Of a DNA stretch of 64,000 nt, positions 10,517 through 24,402 are shown piece by piece. Every line of letters starts with the position of its first letter. Within the stretch, counting starts at the first letter, position 1. The notes under the pieces were generated by a model, which made no database searches, was not told where the DNA came from, and saw only the letters and a list, made by a program, of their open reading frames with translations. The stretch lies in the NCBI GenBank assembly GCA_030390025.1, contig CM059431.1:144896001-144960000 (forward strand), in the 5' to 3' direction. Source of the stretch: Squalus acanthias (Eukaryota). The position numbers and the translations under genes were made by a program.

Positions 10517-13500
10517 CATAGGATTATATAGGATATACGGCACAGAAACAGGCCATTCGGCCCAACCAGTCCATGCCGCTGTTTATGCTCCACTCGAGCC
10601 TCCTCCCGTCTTTCCTTATCCACATCTATCAGTATAACCCTATATTCCCTTCTCCCTCATGTTTGTCCAGCCTCCCCTTAAATGCATCGATACTATTCGC
10701 TTCAACCACTCCCGGTGGTATCGAGCACCACATTCTCACCACTCCTTGGTAAAATAGGTTTCTTCTGAATTCCCTAATGGAATTCTTGGTGACTATCTTA
10801 TATTGATGACCTCTAGTAATGCTCTTCCCCACAAGTGGAAACATTCTCTCTGTATCCAATCTATCAGAACTTTTCATTATTTTATAGACCTCTATAAGGT
10901 AACCCCTCAGCCTTCTTTTTTCAAGAGAAAAGAGACCCAGCCTGTTCATCCTTGCCTGATATGTATAACCTCGCATTTCTGGTATCGTCCTTGTAAATCT
11001 TCTCTGCACCCTCTCCATTGTCTCTATATCCTTTTTTATAATATGGGGTCCAGAACTGTGCGCAGTACTCTAAGTGTGGTCTAACCTAGGCTCGATACAG
11101 GTTTAGCATAACTTCCCTACTTTTCAATTCTATCCCTATAGAAATAAACCCTAGTGCTTGGTCTGCATTTTTAATGGCCTTGCTAAACTGTGGCGCAACC
11201 TTTAGTGATTTGTGTATTTGTACTCCGAGATCACTTTGTTCCTCTACCCCACCTAGACTCACACCCTCCAAGTGATAAGTGACCTCCCTATTCTTCCTAC
11301 CTAAATAAAATACCTCAAATCTGTCTGTGTTGAACTTCATTTGCCAATTATTTGCCCATTCTGCAAGTTTATTGATGTCCTCTTCTAATTTGTTGCAGTC
11401 CCCCTCAGTATTAACTAACCCCGCCCCCCTCCCCCGATTTGTTATCATCTGCAAATTTAGAAATTGTGTTTTTGATTCCAAAGTCTAAACCATGAATGTA
11501 AATTGTGAACAGCTGGTCCAGCACTAATCCTTGTGGAACACCACTACCCACCTTCTGCCACTGTGAATAGCTACCCTTTACTCTCACTCTCTGCTTTCTG
11601 TCCTGAAGCCAGCCAGCAATCCATTCTGCTACTTGTCCCCTGACTCCGCATTCTCTGACCTTGTTCGTCAATCTGTTATGGGACACCTTATCGAAGGCCT
11701 TTTTAAAATCTAGATAAATTACATCTACTGCATTACCATTGTACACTCTCTTTGTTACCTCTTCAAAAAATTCAATACAATTTGTAAAGCAAGATTTTTC
11801 CTTTTGAAATCCATGCTGACTATTCATTATTATACATTTCGTTTCTAGATGTTCTTCTATTGTCTCCTTTAGTAGGGATTCCATTATTTTTCCTACCACC
11901 GATGTTAAGCTGAATGGTCTATAATTCCCTGGAAATGTTCTATCCCCCTTCTTAAATATCGGTATTACGTCAGCTATCCACCAGTCCTTCGGCACTGCAC
12001 CTTTTCTAACGAATTATTAAATATGCGTAATCATGCCTCTGCTATCTCTTCGCTAGATTCTTTTAAAGTCGTGGATGCAATCCATTCGGAACAGGGGTCT
12101 TTGAGTTTGATTAGTTTATTTAATATATCCCCTTTTTTAAAAATGCACTTATCTCATTAATTATTTCATCATCCAATGTAATGTCCACCTGTTCTATCTC
12201 CCTGGTAAATACTGAAGCAAAATAATGATTTAATATTTCTGCCATCTCCCTATCGTTACCTGTGGTACTGTCCTGTCCATCCCTTAATGACTCTATTCCC
12301 ATCCCAACCTTCCTTTTTTATTGATGTGGCTGTAAAATATGTTGCTATTTTGTTTAATGTTCCTTGATAATTGAATTTCATAGTTTCTCTTTGCCTTCCT
12401 AATTTTTTTTACTTCTCTTCTAATCCCTTCGCATTCTCTCTTACCATGCATTCCCATGCTATCTATGTACTTAATGTATGCCTCTTTCCTTAGCCTTAAT
12501 TGTCTCCTTGTGTCTTTATTCATCCACGAAGTCTCGTTACTGTTTAGCTTGTTTTTTCCTTTCAACGGAATATATTTTTCCTGCACTCTGTTGAACACTG
12601 CTTTAAATGTTTCCCATTGTCGTTCTACATCGTTGTTTGGCAATATTGTTTCCCATTTTATCTTCGCAAGTTCTATTCTCAACCCCTCAAAATCAGCTTT
12701 TCTCCAATCTATTAACTTGTTTTTTGTCATTCTTATGTCCTTCTCTATGGTCATCTTAAAGCGTATTATATTATGGTTACTATTGCCTATATGTTCCCCT
12801 AGTTTTACTCATCTTATCTGATCTGGCTCATTCCCCATAACTAGATCCAACAGCGAATCCTCCCTTTTTGAGCTTTTTTAAATATTGTGTTAGAAAGGAG
12901 TCCTGTAGAAATTATAGGAACTAAATTTCCTCATCCCCTTTACCTACCTCTTCTTTCCATTTAATATCGTGGTATTTCAAATTCCCCCATGATTATTATT
13001 CTATGTTTTTTACTCATTTCCGTAATATTTTTGTATAGTTCTTCCCCTACCATTACAGAAGCCAGTCTTCAGCCAATTCGATTCACTCCACGTGATATCA
13101 AGAAACGGCTGAGCGCGTTGGATACAGCAAATGCTATGGGCCCCAACAACATCCCTGCTATCGTGCTGAATACGTTTGCTCCAGAACTAGCCGCGCCTCT
13201 AATCAAGCTGTTCCAGTAAAGCTTCAACACTGGCATCTATCCAACAATGTGGAAAACTGCACAGGTATGTCCTGTCCACAAAAAGCAGAACAAATCCAAA
13301 CCGGCCAATTATCGCCCCATCAGTCTCAGGAGGCACTTAATCACCAATAACCTGCTCACTGATGCCCAGTTTGGGTTCTGTCAAGTGCACTCAGCTCCCG
13401 ACCTCATCAGAGCCTTGGTCCAAACATGGACAAAGGAGCTGAATTCCAGAGGTGAGGTGAGAGAGACTGCCCTTGACATCAATGCAGCATTTGACCGAGT

Positions 13501-16085
13501 GTGGCATCAAGGAGCTCCAGTAAAACTGAAGTCAATGGAAATAGGGGCGGAAACGCGCCACTGTTGGAGTCATACCTAGCACAAAGGAAGATGGTTGTGG
13601 TGGTTGAAGGTCAATCATCACAGCCCCAGGACATCGCTGCAGGAGTTCCTCAGGGCAGGGTCCTAGGCAAAACCATCTTCAGCTGCTTCATGATCTTCCC
13701 TCCAACAGAAGGTCAGAAATGGGGATGTTCACTGATGACTGCACAGTGTTCAGCGCCATTCACAACTCCTCAGATAATGAAGCAGTCCATGCCCACATGC
13801 AACAAGACCTGGACGACAATCAGGCTTGGGCAGATAAGTGGCATGTCACATTCGCGCCACGGATGTGCCAGGAAATGACTATCTCCAACAAGCGAGAGTC
13901 TAACCACCTCCCCTTGACATTCAATGGCATTACCATCGCCGAATCCCCCACCATCAACATCCTGGGGGCTCTCCATTGACCAGAAACTTAAGGGGACCAG
14001 CCACATAGATACTGTGGCAACAAAAGCAGGTCAGAGGCTAGGTATTCTGCGGCGAGTGTCTCATCTCCTTACTCCCCAAAAGCTTTCAACAATCTACAAG
14101 GCTCAAGTAAGGAGTGTGATGGAATACTCTCCTCTCGCCTGGATGAGTGCAGCTCCAACAAAGCTGAAGAAGCTCGACACCATCCAGGACAAAGCAGCCC
14201 GTTTGTTTGGCACCTCATCCACCACCTTAAACATTCATTCCCTCCACCACCAGCGTACATTGGTTGCAGTGTGTACCGCCTACAAGATGCAATGCAGCAA
14301 CTTGCCAAGGCTTCTTCGGCAGCTCTTCCCAATCCCGCGACCTCTTGCATCTAGAAGGACAAGGGCAGCAGTCCCATGGGAAGACCACAAACTCGAAGTT
14401 TCCCTCCAAGTCACACACCATCCTGACTTGGAAGTATATCGCCGATCCTTCATTATTCATTATCATTCAGTATATCGCCGATCCTTCATCGTCGCTGGGT
14501 CAAAATCCTGGAACTCCATACCTAGCAGCACTGTGGGAGTACCTTCACCACACGGACTGCAGCGGGTCAAGAAGGCGGCTCATCGCCACCTTCTCAAGTC
14601 AATTAGGGGTGGGCTATAAATGCTGGCCTTACCAGCGACGCCCACATCCCATAAACAAAAAAAAACCTCCCTTCCACAATTAAGTGATCTGTAGACTACG
14701 CCTATTAGTGTGATTGATCCTTTATTATCTTTTATCATATCCATATGGATTCTACTTTTGTCTTGCTGATATCTACGTCCCTTTTTTCTACTGCCATTCT
14801 GTTATCCCTAATAAGTACAGCAATCCACCTCCTCCTTTTCCCTCTCTATCTTTTCTAGATATGTTATACCCTGCAATGATTAATTCTCAGGGCTGATTTC
14901 TCAGTAATCGCGATTATGTCTGGTTCCTCGCAACGTATGATTGCCTCCAGCTCCCCTGTTTTATTTCGGACACTGTGAGCATTGCTGTACAGAGAGTTTA
15001 ACTCCTTTTCAATAGGATTTCCTCTCACTTTATTTTTAACCATCTTTTTGGAATCCTGTTCTATAATTCCATTTGATCCCTTGCCGTCAATGTCCTCCCT
15101 TACATTATTCTTTCCTGTGCTCACTTTTCTGTTTTGTTTATATTTAGGCTGATTACGTTTCTTGTAGATCCCGCTCCCTTCTTACCAGTTTAGAGCCTTT
15201 GCCACCTCCCTATTCAGCCTTTCCACTAGGACACGGCTCCCATCCCGGTTCAGGTGGAGCCCCTCCCCTCGGTGCAGCTCCTTCCTGTCTCAGAGCTGGT
15301 GCCAGTGTCCCACGAAAATGAACCCCTCTTTCCCACACCAGCCCTTTAGCCACGTGGAAATTCTCCTGATCTGTCTGCTTCTATGCCAATTTGCATGTGG
15401 CTCGAGCAATAACCCAGAGATTATTACCCTCGAGGTCCTGCTTTTTAAGTTAGAGCCTAACTCCTGATACTCATTCAGCAGGACCTCCCACCTGTTCCTA
15501 CCTATGTCGTTTGTTCCAAGATGGACCAAGACAACTGGATTTCGCCCCTCCCTTTCCAAGTTCATCTCCAACCGCCGTGAAATATCCCTTACCCTGGCAC
15601 CGGGTAGGCAACACACCATTCAGGATTCTCGTTCATGGCTGCAGAGGATGCTATCTGTCCCCTAATTATAGAGGCCCCTATCACTACCACATTTCTATTC
15701 TGCTCTCCCCCCCCCCCCCCCCTTGGACAGCCTTCTGAGCCACGGTGCCTTGGTCTGCATTGTGGCTGTCCTCCCAGCAGTCTTTCTCCTTGTCCTCACA
15801 GGTAACGAGTACATGGCAAATGTTGGACAGGACCAGTGTCTGCGGGAACTCCTTCTCAACCTCTTGTAAATCCCCACTACCCGGCTCCCTAACAGTCAAA
15901 CCCTCCTATTCCTGAAACCGTGTTTTCATCTGGGGTGTGATCGTATTCTGGATAAAACTGTCCAGAAATTCCTCCCCCTCCTTGAAATGTCGGAGTGTCT
16001 CCAACTCGCACTCCAGCTCAATGCCGGAGAGATTCGAGATGGAGACATCTCCTGCAGATGTGTTTGCTCGTTCCAGCCTCTCCAA
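10517..16085 (-). mobile_element. Near full-length degenerate CR1 LINE (ORF1 esterase, endonuclease, RT) hosting a nested LINE
   Basis: ORF1 SGNH-like VCCLPGARVRD...VHLGTNDIG at 15290-15619; endonuclease LYSNAHSVRNK...IAITE at about 14900-15000; RT YLDFKKAFDKV at 11411-11995; tail at 10517-10540. Confidence 0.95.
13044..14665 (+). mobile_element. 5'-truncated CR1-group LINE family B nested in CR1
   Basis: NYRPISL, ALDINAAFDRVWH, FTDDCTVF, YKAQVRSVMEYSPLAW; A-rich tail. Confidence 0.93.
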
Positions 16086-16918
16086 TTACAGCTTCTGGAA
16101 TTAACGTGAACTATGTTTGTATTAAAATGTTCCTGGAGTGAGCAGTATCTCAGGACGGTGGAGAGAGAGAGAGAGAGAGGGAGAAGTCGAATCATCACCA
16201 CTTTATATGGGACTGAAGAAAGGCGTTGGGTTCGCAGAACGGATATGGTGGGACCAACAATACCCAATGTCGAACGCGGCTTACAACAGGAACTGATTGG
16301 ACAGGTGAGGAATTCTACTGAAAATCCAGCAGTAAAGGATTTTGCTGAGGTGGGAGTCTAACCAGCTATTGGTAGCTGTTCAACATCTGCCATAAGGCTC
16401 GACCTTTGATTCGGCAAGTTGACTGGGGAATCGCTCACATGCAAACCTTGCCCATTCCTCACTTGGGAGTGCTGCACCTGACCTGGAAATGTTTATGGGG
16501 ACAGTGTTGAGGGAGCTTTAAAATATTTCTCATGATGCCCCGTCTAATTATACCACGATGGTTCAAACACTTGCTAACCCTCATACTCCTTACATAGTGC
16601 CTCTGGCTTCCTTTTCTGTTACAGGGAATAGAATAGTTTCAGAACACAGAACAGGTTGTAATATCGGGCCTCAATCTAACATCATTATCTAAAACAGCCT
16701 CTCAATGCCAAAGCAGAAGGAACACACGCTGACTTGTATAGATAGAACTGAGAGTTTGGGATGTTTAAAGCAAGAGGTGGATTTGGCTGCAATTACACAA
16801 TTAAATAGTGGGACCTCACATTTTGAGGACGGGAGGAAGAATGACTAAGGGGTAATTGTGGGAATCTGTGCTCCCTGCCTGGGGTCTCAGTGCATGGGAG
16901 CGGAATTGGAGATTGGGT

Positions 16919-19900
16919 CAGGTGAGGGGAAATTTGGAAATCTTAAGAGAAAGTTCAAGGCAATAGAGCAGTGTAGCGATTTGGATAATAATACGCAGAG
17001 TGTGACAGGAAGGGACAGAGAGTTTAATGGTTGCAGTGCAGCAGGGAATAAGGTCAAAGCAGGGAATAAAGTTAAAACAAAAATTAAAGGCTCTTCATCT
17101 GAATGCACGAAGCATTCATAACAAGTCAGATGAGCGAGCGACACAAATAGAGATAAATGGGGTTGATCGAATAGCCATTACAGAGACATGGTTGCAAGGT
17201 GGCCAAGGATGGGAACTAAATGTTCCAGGGTACTTGACGTTTCGAAAAGACAGGTAGAATGGAAAAGGAGGGGGAGTAGCCCTGATAATAAAGGATGACA
17301 TAAGGACAGTAGCGAGAAAGGATCTCGGCTCGGAAGATCAGGAAATAGAATCAGCATGGGTGGAGATAAGGAATAACAAGGGCAGAAAACACTGGTAGGT
17401 GTAGTATATAGGCCCCATAACAGTAGCTATACCGTTGGGCAGAATTTTAATCAATAAATAGTAAGAGCTTGCAACAAAGGTAATGCAATAATCTTGATGG
17501 AATTCAATCTTCATATCGACTGGACAAATCAAATTGACAAAGGTAGTCTGAAGGATGTGTTCATGGAATGTATCCGGGACAGTTTCCTGGAACAATATGT
17601 CATGGTAGCGACCAGAGAAAAGGCTATTTTAGATCTTGTGTTATGCAATAAGACAGGGATAATTAGCAATCTCATAGTAAAGGATCTTCTGGGGCAGACT
17701 GGTCATAATATGATAGCATTTCACGTTAATATTGAAAGCGACATGCCTAAGTCCGAAACGAGAGTCTTAAACTTAAATAAAGCAAATTACATAGGTATGA
17801 GGTAAATTGGTTAAGGTAGATTGAAAAAATAGATTAAAAGGTATGGCGGAAATAAGCAATGGCTAGCATTTAAATAAATATTTCCTAATTCTCAACAAAA
17901 ATCATTTCCGTTGAGAAACAAGAACTCCACGGGAAAAGTGATACAACCGCGACTAACTAAAGAAGTTAAGGATAGCATTAGATTGAAAGAAGAAGCTTAT
18001 AATGTTGCACGGAATAATAGTAAGCCTAAGGATTGGGAGAGATTCAGAAACCAGCAAAGGTTGACCAAAAAATTGATAAAAAGGGAAAAAATACAATATG
18101 AGAGAAAACTAGCAAGAGATATAAAAGCAGATTTTAAGAGTTTCTACAAGTATGTAAAAAGGAAAAGAATAGCAAAAGTAAACGTTGGTCTCTTAGAGGC
18201 TGAGACAGGACAAATTATTATGGGGAATAAGGAAATGGCAGGAAAATTAAACAAATATTTTGTATCTGTCTTCACAGTAGAAGACACAAAAAGCATACCA
18301 AAATTGTGGGAACCAAGGGTCTAATGAGGGTGAGGAACTTAACATAATTAATATAAGTAGAGAAAAAGTACTAGAGAAACTAATGGGACTAAAAGCACAC
18401 AAATCCCCTGGACGTTACGTCCTACATCCCAGGGTTCTAAAAGAAGTGTCTGAAGAGATAGTGGATGCATTAGTTTTGATCTTCCAAAAATCCCTATATT
18501 CAGAAATGGTCCAAGAGGATTGGAATGTCGCAAAAGTAACACCTCTATTGAAGAAAAGAGGGAGAGAAAAAAACAGGGAACTCCAGGCCAGTTAGCCTGA
18601 CATCAGTCGTCGGGAAAATGCTGGAATCCATTATTAAGGAAGTGGTATCATGTCACTTCGAAAATCATAACATGATTAGGCAGAGTCAACATGGTTTTAT
18701 GAAAGGGAAATCGTGTTTGACAAATTTATTAGAGTTTTTTGAGGATGTAATTTGCAGGGTTGATAAAGGGGAACCAGTGGATGTAGTATATTTGGATTTC
18801 CAAAAGGCAATCGATAAGGTGCGACATAAAAGATTATTACACAAGATTAGGGCTCATAGGGTTGTGGGTAATATAGTAGCATGGATAGAGTATTGGTTAA
18901 TGGACAGAAAACAGAGAGTAGGGAAAAACGAATCTTTTTCAGGTTGGCAGGCTGTAACTAGTGGGTTGCCGCAAGGATCAGTGTTGGAGTCTCAGCTATT
19001 TACAATCTATATTAATGAACAAGATGACGGGGCCAAGTGCAATGTTTCCAAGTTTGCTGATGATGCAAAGCTAGGTGGGACAGTAAGCTGTGAGAAGAGC
19101 ACAAACAATCTGCAAAGGGATAGAGATAGACTAGGTGAGTGGGCAGTAAGGTGCAGGTGGAGTATAAAGTAGGTAATTGTGAGGTTATTCACTTTAGAAG
19201 GAAGAATAGAAAAACAGAATATTCTTTTAAATGGTGAGAAAATTTCAAATGTTGGTGTTCAGAGAGATTTGAGTGTAATCGTGCAAGAAACACAAAAAGC
19301 TAGCATGCAGGTACAGCAAGCAATCAGGAAGGCAAATGGCTTGTTTGCCTTTATTGCAAGGGGGTTGGAGTATAAGAGTAAGGAAGTCTTGCTATAATTG
19401 TACAGTGCCATCGTGAGACTACACCCGGAGTACTGTGCACAGTTTTGGTCTCCTTATCTAAGGAAGGATATACCTGCCTTGGAGGCATTGCAACGAAGGT
19501 TCACTAGATTGATTCCTGGGATGAGAGGGCTGTCCTATGATGAGAGATTGTGTAGAATGGGCCTATACTCTCTGGAGTTTAGAAGAATGAGAGGTGGTCT
19601 CATTGAAACATACACGATTCTGAAGGGGATTGACAGGGTTGAGGCTGAGAGGTCGTTTCCCCAGGCTGGAGTATCTAGAACTAGGGGACATTTTCTCAGG
19701 ATAAGGGGGAGGCCATTTAAGACTGAGATGAGAAGGAATTTACTCACTCAGAGGGCTGCAAATCATTGGAATTCTCTGCCCCAGAGGGCAGTGAATGCTG
19801 AATCTTTGAGTATATTCAAGGCTGAGATAGACAGATTTTTGAACTCTAGGGGAATCAAGGGATATGGGGATTGGGCGGGAAAGTGGAGTTAGAAACATAG

Positions 19901-20106
19901 AAAAATAGGAGCAGGAGTAGACAATTCGACCCTTCGAGCCTGCTTCTCCATTCAATATGATCATGGCTGAACCTCTATCTCAATACCATATTCCCACTGT
20001 CTCCCCAGAGTTTATGGTCGATTATCAGCAATTATCTTATTGAATGGGGGAGCAGGCTCCAGGGGTCATATGGCCTACTCCTGCTCTTATTTCTTATGTT
20101 CTTATG
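16919..20106 (+). mobile_element. CR1 LINE with near-complete degenerate ORF2
   Basis: ORF pieces 17027-19892 run from the endonuclease (LNARSI, IAITETW) through RT (YLDFQKA, FADDAKL) to WNSLPQ; tail ttcttatgttcttatg. Confidence 0.96.
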
Positions 20107-20149
20107 TAATTATCCGCGTTCATCCCCAGTGAAACTGCGCACCAGGAGC

Positions 20150-20410
20150 AGAGCATGGTCATGTGACTCTGTGACACCGCCACGGTGCGGAGCTCCGGCT
20201 GCTTTGTGACATTGTTTCTGGCAGCTGTGTGATTGGCTCCTGGCTCCTTTGTGATGTCACCTCGAGACAGGTTTCCGCTGCTGGTTTGGCCCCATCAGTG
20301 CTGTGTTACTGTGGGCGGCGCTGGAGTTGGCAGCTGATATTGAGAGTGAGTTCAGTCCCCATAAATAGGGGTTAGGATGGAAAAGAAGAATTTAGTATTA
20401 AAGTAAGTAA
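20150..20410 (+). promoter_or_regulatory. Putative Pol II promoter (copy B)
   Basis: gtcatgtgac E-box at 20158, inverted CCAAT at 20231, tgatgtca at 20252, gggcgg at 20313, cataaatag at 20360 and donor-like aa|gtaagt at about 20403. Confidence 0.4.
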
Positions 20411-20899
20411 ACCAATCAAATGTTATTAATTGTAAATATGTTCAAAATAAATATCGCAAGTCGCAAAATTAATCCTATTGTTTTCGAGTAAAAGATTCTG
20501 GAAATAATATGAATCATTTTTATATTAAAAGATTCTTGAAGTGAGCATTATCTCATGAAAGAAGAGAGATCGACATCGATCCGTCATCACACTAAATGAG
20601 ACTGGAGAAAGGTCGGTGGTTTCACAGTGCAGATCTGCTGGGACCAACAATCACATTGAAAAAGACGGGATAAAACAGGAAGCTTTAGCAGTAATTGGAA
20701 ACGTGAGGAGCTCCACTGAGAATCCCATCAGTACAGGATTTTTTCAAGGTGAGAGTCTAACAAGCTCTTGGGAGCCGTTTAGTTTCTTGCAAACGACGCG
20801 GCATTTGATGCTGTAATTTCACTGGGGATTCACTGGTATGTGAAGCTAGCCCATACCTCACCTAGGACAGCGTGCTGATTACAATTACAGGGATGTCTG

Positions 20900-21495
20900 A
20901 CCTGTAATCATACATTGCTTCAATTGAGACGGTTTGCTTCATTGGGTAGTGTCAGAGGAGCTGTACGCTGCATTGAACGCATGCCGTATCTGAATTAACT
21001 TTGCTTGACGAACGACTGTACAGTGAGATTTACATTTTATCTAATCTCTGTCTACCTGACCTGAGGGTTTCCGATGGGACAGTGTAGAGGGAGATTTACT
21101 CTTGTTAACCCGGGCTGTATCTGCCCTGTGAGAGTAGATGGAATAGTGTCGAGGGAGCTGTACTGTGTATCTGACCCGTGCTGTACCTGCCCTGTGAGGG
21201 TTGATTGAAGAGTGTCGAGCGAGATTCACTCTGTATCTGACCCGTGCTGTGCTTTTTCTGGGAGAGTTTGATGGGACAGTGTAGATGGAGCTTTAATCAG
21301 TATCTACCCCATGCTGGACTTGAGGTGGGAGTGATTGATGTGCAGTTTAAATATGCTTTACACTGCATGTATACCATGCTGTATCTGACCTGGGAGTGTT
21401 TAATGGGATCGTGTAGAGGTACTTTTACTCTGTATGTATCTCGTGCCGTTATGAACTGCGAGTGTCTGATGGGACACTACAGACGGAGTTTTAAA
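20900..21495. repeat. Degenerate 66-67-bp minisatellite (gggacagtgtagagggagctttactctgtatct...)
   Basis: Units recur at about 21076, 21140, 21207 and 21273, with more diverged flanking units. Confidence 0.85.
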
Positions 21496-21934
21496 CTATT
21501 ATTGCCCATGATTTCCCCTCGAATTATTGCACGTATGTCCCCTCCCATTGATACCCCTGATGAGCCCTACAATGTGGTTCTGACGCTCCCTCCTGTTATA
21601 GGGAATAAATTGGTGTTAGAACAGAGAGGTGATTGTTATATCTTCATCGAAGCACTATTATCTCACACTGCATTTCATTGCAAAGGCATGAGGAAGAGGC
21701 ACTGCCTGATTCTACACGAGGGAGTCTTTGGGGTGTATAAATCAAAAGGTGGACGTTTGGATCATTGAATAGTGGTGCTCATATTTGGAGTATGGGACGG
21801 AGAATTCGTAAGTGGCAATTTTGCGGGTTTGCGCTCCCTGCCTTAGGGTCTCAGTAGATGGGAACGGTTCGGAGACACTGCTGAATGTACAGCATGTATT
21901 CATCCCCAGTGAAACTGCACACCAGAAGCAGAGC

Positions 21935-22150
21935 ATGGTCATGTGACCCTGTGACACCTCGACTGGGCGGAGCTCCGGCAGCTTTGTAACATTGTTACTG
22001 GCTGCTGTATGATTGGCTCCTGGGTCCTTTGTGATTTCACCTGGAGACAGGCTTCCGCCCCTGGTTATGCTCCATCAGTGATGTGTTACTGTGGGCGGAG
22101 CTGGAGTTGGCGGATATTGTGAGTGAGTTCAGTCCCTATAAATAGGGGCA
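21935..22150 (+). promoter_or_regulatory. Putative Pol II promoter (copy C)
   Basis: gtcatgtgac, gggcggag twice, gattgg, and ctataaatag (TATA or MEF2-like) at 22136-22145. Confidence 0.42.
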
Positions 22151-22250
22151 AGGAAAGAAAAGAACAATTTAATATTAAAGAAAGGAATCCAACCAATTGC
22201 CATTAAAGGTAAATATATTCAAATTAAATATATTGATAATCGCACATTTA

Positions 22251-22944
22251 GACCCGGAAATTCGTCTTGGGCGGTGGCATAATGCGGGCGGTATCGAATC
22301 GGCCGCCGTTATACGCAGCGCCGGATATTCAGCTCTATTGCAGTCAATATGAACGCGGCCTCACTTCCTGCGGCCCTCGTGAAGAGCGCCACAGCCTGGA
22401 GTAGGGGCTTATGATGACGTAGTGGGGCTTTCAGAGGTGAATCTTTTTCGTCACACTTCAGACACTTACAGCCAATGGGTGCAGCGCTCAGCCGATTCCA
22501 TGTCGTGTCACCAATTATATTCAGGAACTCCTCCATCTTTCACCCCTTGCAGTTTGATTGTTAAGCAGTTTTTTTTTATTTTTGTATTTCCAGGATAACA
22601 AATACATCGCTAATACTTATGCTTCCTGTTTTTTCGCTATCATTAGATTTGTGGACATCAGCTCTGGGCATTGCTTTGTATCTTTAATCTAACGGAAATT
22701 GTATTTAATTCCGGCCAAGGGAATCCCTTTAGATTCTTCTAGCATGGAGTGGAACAAGAGGCAGATTCCAACGCTAAGTGCGGCCGTCAGACTCAGGACG
22801 GAACTCTGTAATCCTCCACTAACAGTCTACAACCACAGAACTCTCTGCACTGTGATACAAACACATCCAACGTTATCACCGTGTTCCGACTTCTAGATTC
22901 ACAAAGGAAAACTTCGCGCCAGTTACACCCGAACTATTCCAGTC
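22251..22944. mobile_element. Possible MITE
   Basis: It truncates copy C of the triplicated unit; imperfect inverted ends gacccggaaattcg / cgaactattccagtc. Confidence 0.4.
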
Positions 22945-23037
22945 TTTCTTTCTACCTCATTATGCAATGGATTTATAGCAAAAATTTAAATCTGTTGCTG
23001 CGTCTAAGAGTTTATGAGAGACTAGGTTTACGGAAGT

Positions 23038-23232
23038 ACATGAGAAAATAAGAAATAGGAGTAGGAGTAGGGCCATTCGGCCCCTCGAGCATGCTCCGCC
23101 ATTTAATGAGATCATGGCTGATCCGATTTTGGCCTCAACTCCACTGTCCTGCCCGCTCCCCATAACCCTTGTCTCCCCTGTTGCTGAAAAATCTGTTTAT
23201 CTCAGCATTGAATATATTTCATGACTCAGCTA
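23038..23232 (-). mobile_element. CR1 3' end fragment
   Basis: agaaataggagtaggagtagggccattcggcccctcgagc tail motif. Confidence 0.88.
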
Positions 23233-23894
23233 CAGGAACTGAAATCTGACACACAATCCAAATGCTGTCACTGCCCAATTGACTCTCTGATAGCAGAGTC
23301 TTGAAAGATTTGGTGGCTACTTCACCAGTGTCGGCACTTTATCAATTAGTATTCGGAATATATGGAACAAGATAATACCTCCGTATCTACTGAACTTCCC
23401 TCCGCTTTATTTAATTCTGCCGAATAAGCCACAGGATCAGGTGAACTTTCAAACTTCAATGGGGCGTAAACTGCCGGTAGGATATTTTACACCCGGCTAC
23501 ATCTCTTTTTCGTTATAGTCAGTGGAAAGAGAATTTCGGCCGGGTGTATGACTCTCAGGCAGTCCGCTCCAGACAGATTTCAGCTCATTCCGAAATTTAA
23601 AATGACGTTAGTTTCAGAATATTCAGATTCCACCAAAACCAAATGGATCGTTAACTAACTTTACAAATTGAGTTTAAAACAGTTTAAATTGGGGTCGCTG
23701 ATCAGAACAACTAGACCTGGAGGTTCGGCTGGAAATAAAGAACTTGGGTTGAAATGAGCCACGGGAGGAGAGGCCAAACTGACAGCATCGCATCGCTCGC
23801 CTGTTCTACGCTGCTATGGAACTGAATATTGGGCGGTGCCTATAACAGGAAGCGATGTGAATCTGCCTTACTGCACAAGTCGAGTTTCTACCCC

Positions 23895-24058
23895 TTGCAT
23901 TTATATAGCGCCTTTCAAAACCTCAGGATGCCATAACGTGTCTCACAGGTAACAAAGTACTTTTAAAGTGTAGTCACTGCAGTAATGTGAGGAAATGCAG
24001 AAGACAATTTTCTCACAGCAAATCCCAAAAACAACAATAAGATAAACGACCAGATAAG
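23895..24058 (-). mobile_element. Deu-type SINE 3' fragment
   Basis: ttgcatttatatagcgcctttc... matches 3585-3745. Confidence 0.75.
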
Positions 24059-24364
24059 ACACAATTGCGCATGGACTGGGGACACGAAACGATCGGTAGC
24101 ACATCGATCGCCTGTTATACGCTGCGCCCGATATTCAATCGAACTGAATATCGAGCCTGTCGTATAACGGTCGGCAAATGCGATTCGTCGGGTTTGCACC
24201 CCTTTCCGTGTCCAATTGCACCCTCAATGATCTGTTGTAATTCTGTTTGTTCAGGAATAAATACTGACCATGACATCATGCGGAGATGCCGGCGTTGGAC
24301 TGGGGTGGACAAAAATGAGAAGTCGCACAACACCAGGTTATAGTCCAACAGATTTATTTAAAAT

Positions 24365-24402
24365 TACAAGCTTTCGGAGCTGTCGCCCCTTCGTCAGGCA
24401 AA
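24365..24402 (-). ncRNA. Minimal type I hammerhead ribozyme motif (minus-strand copy)
   Basis: Reverse complement of the motif at 24683-24720. Confidence 0.7.

Larger units (their letters stand above)
10018..22250 (+). repeat. Ancient tandem triplication of an approximately 1.2-kb non-TE unit, broken up by CR1 insertions
   Basis: Copy A is 10018-10515 plus 16086-16800, copy B is 16801-16918 plus 20107-21765, and partial copy C is 21766-22250; homology is collinear. Confidence 0.85.
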
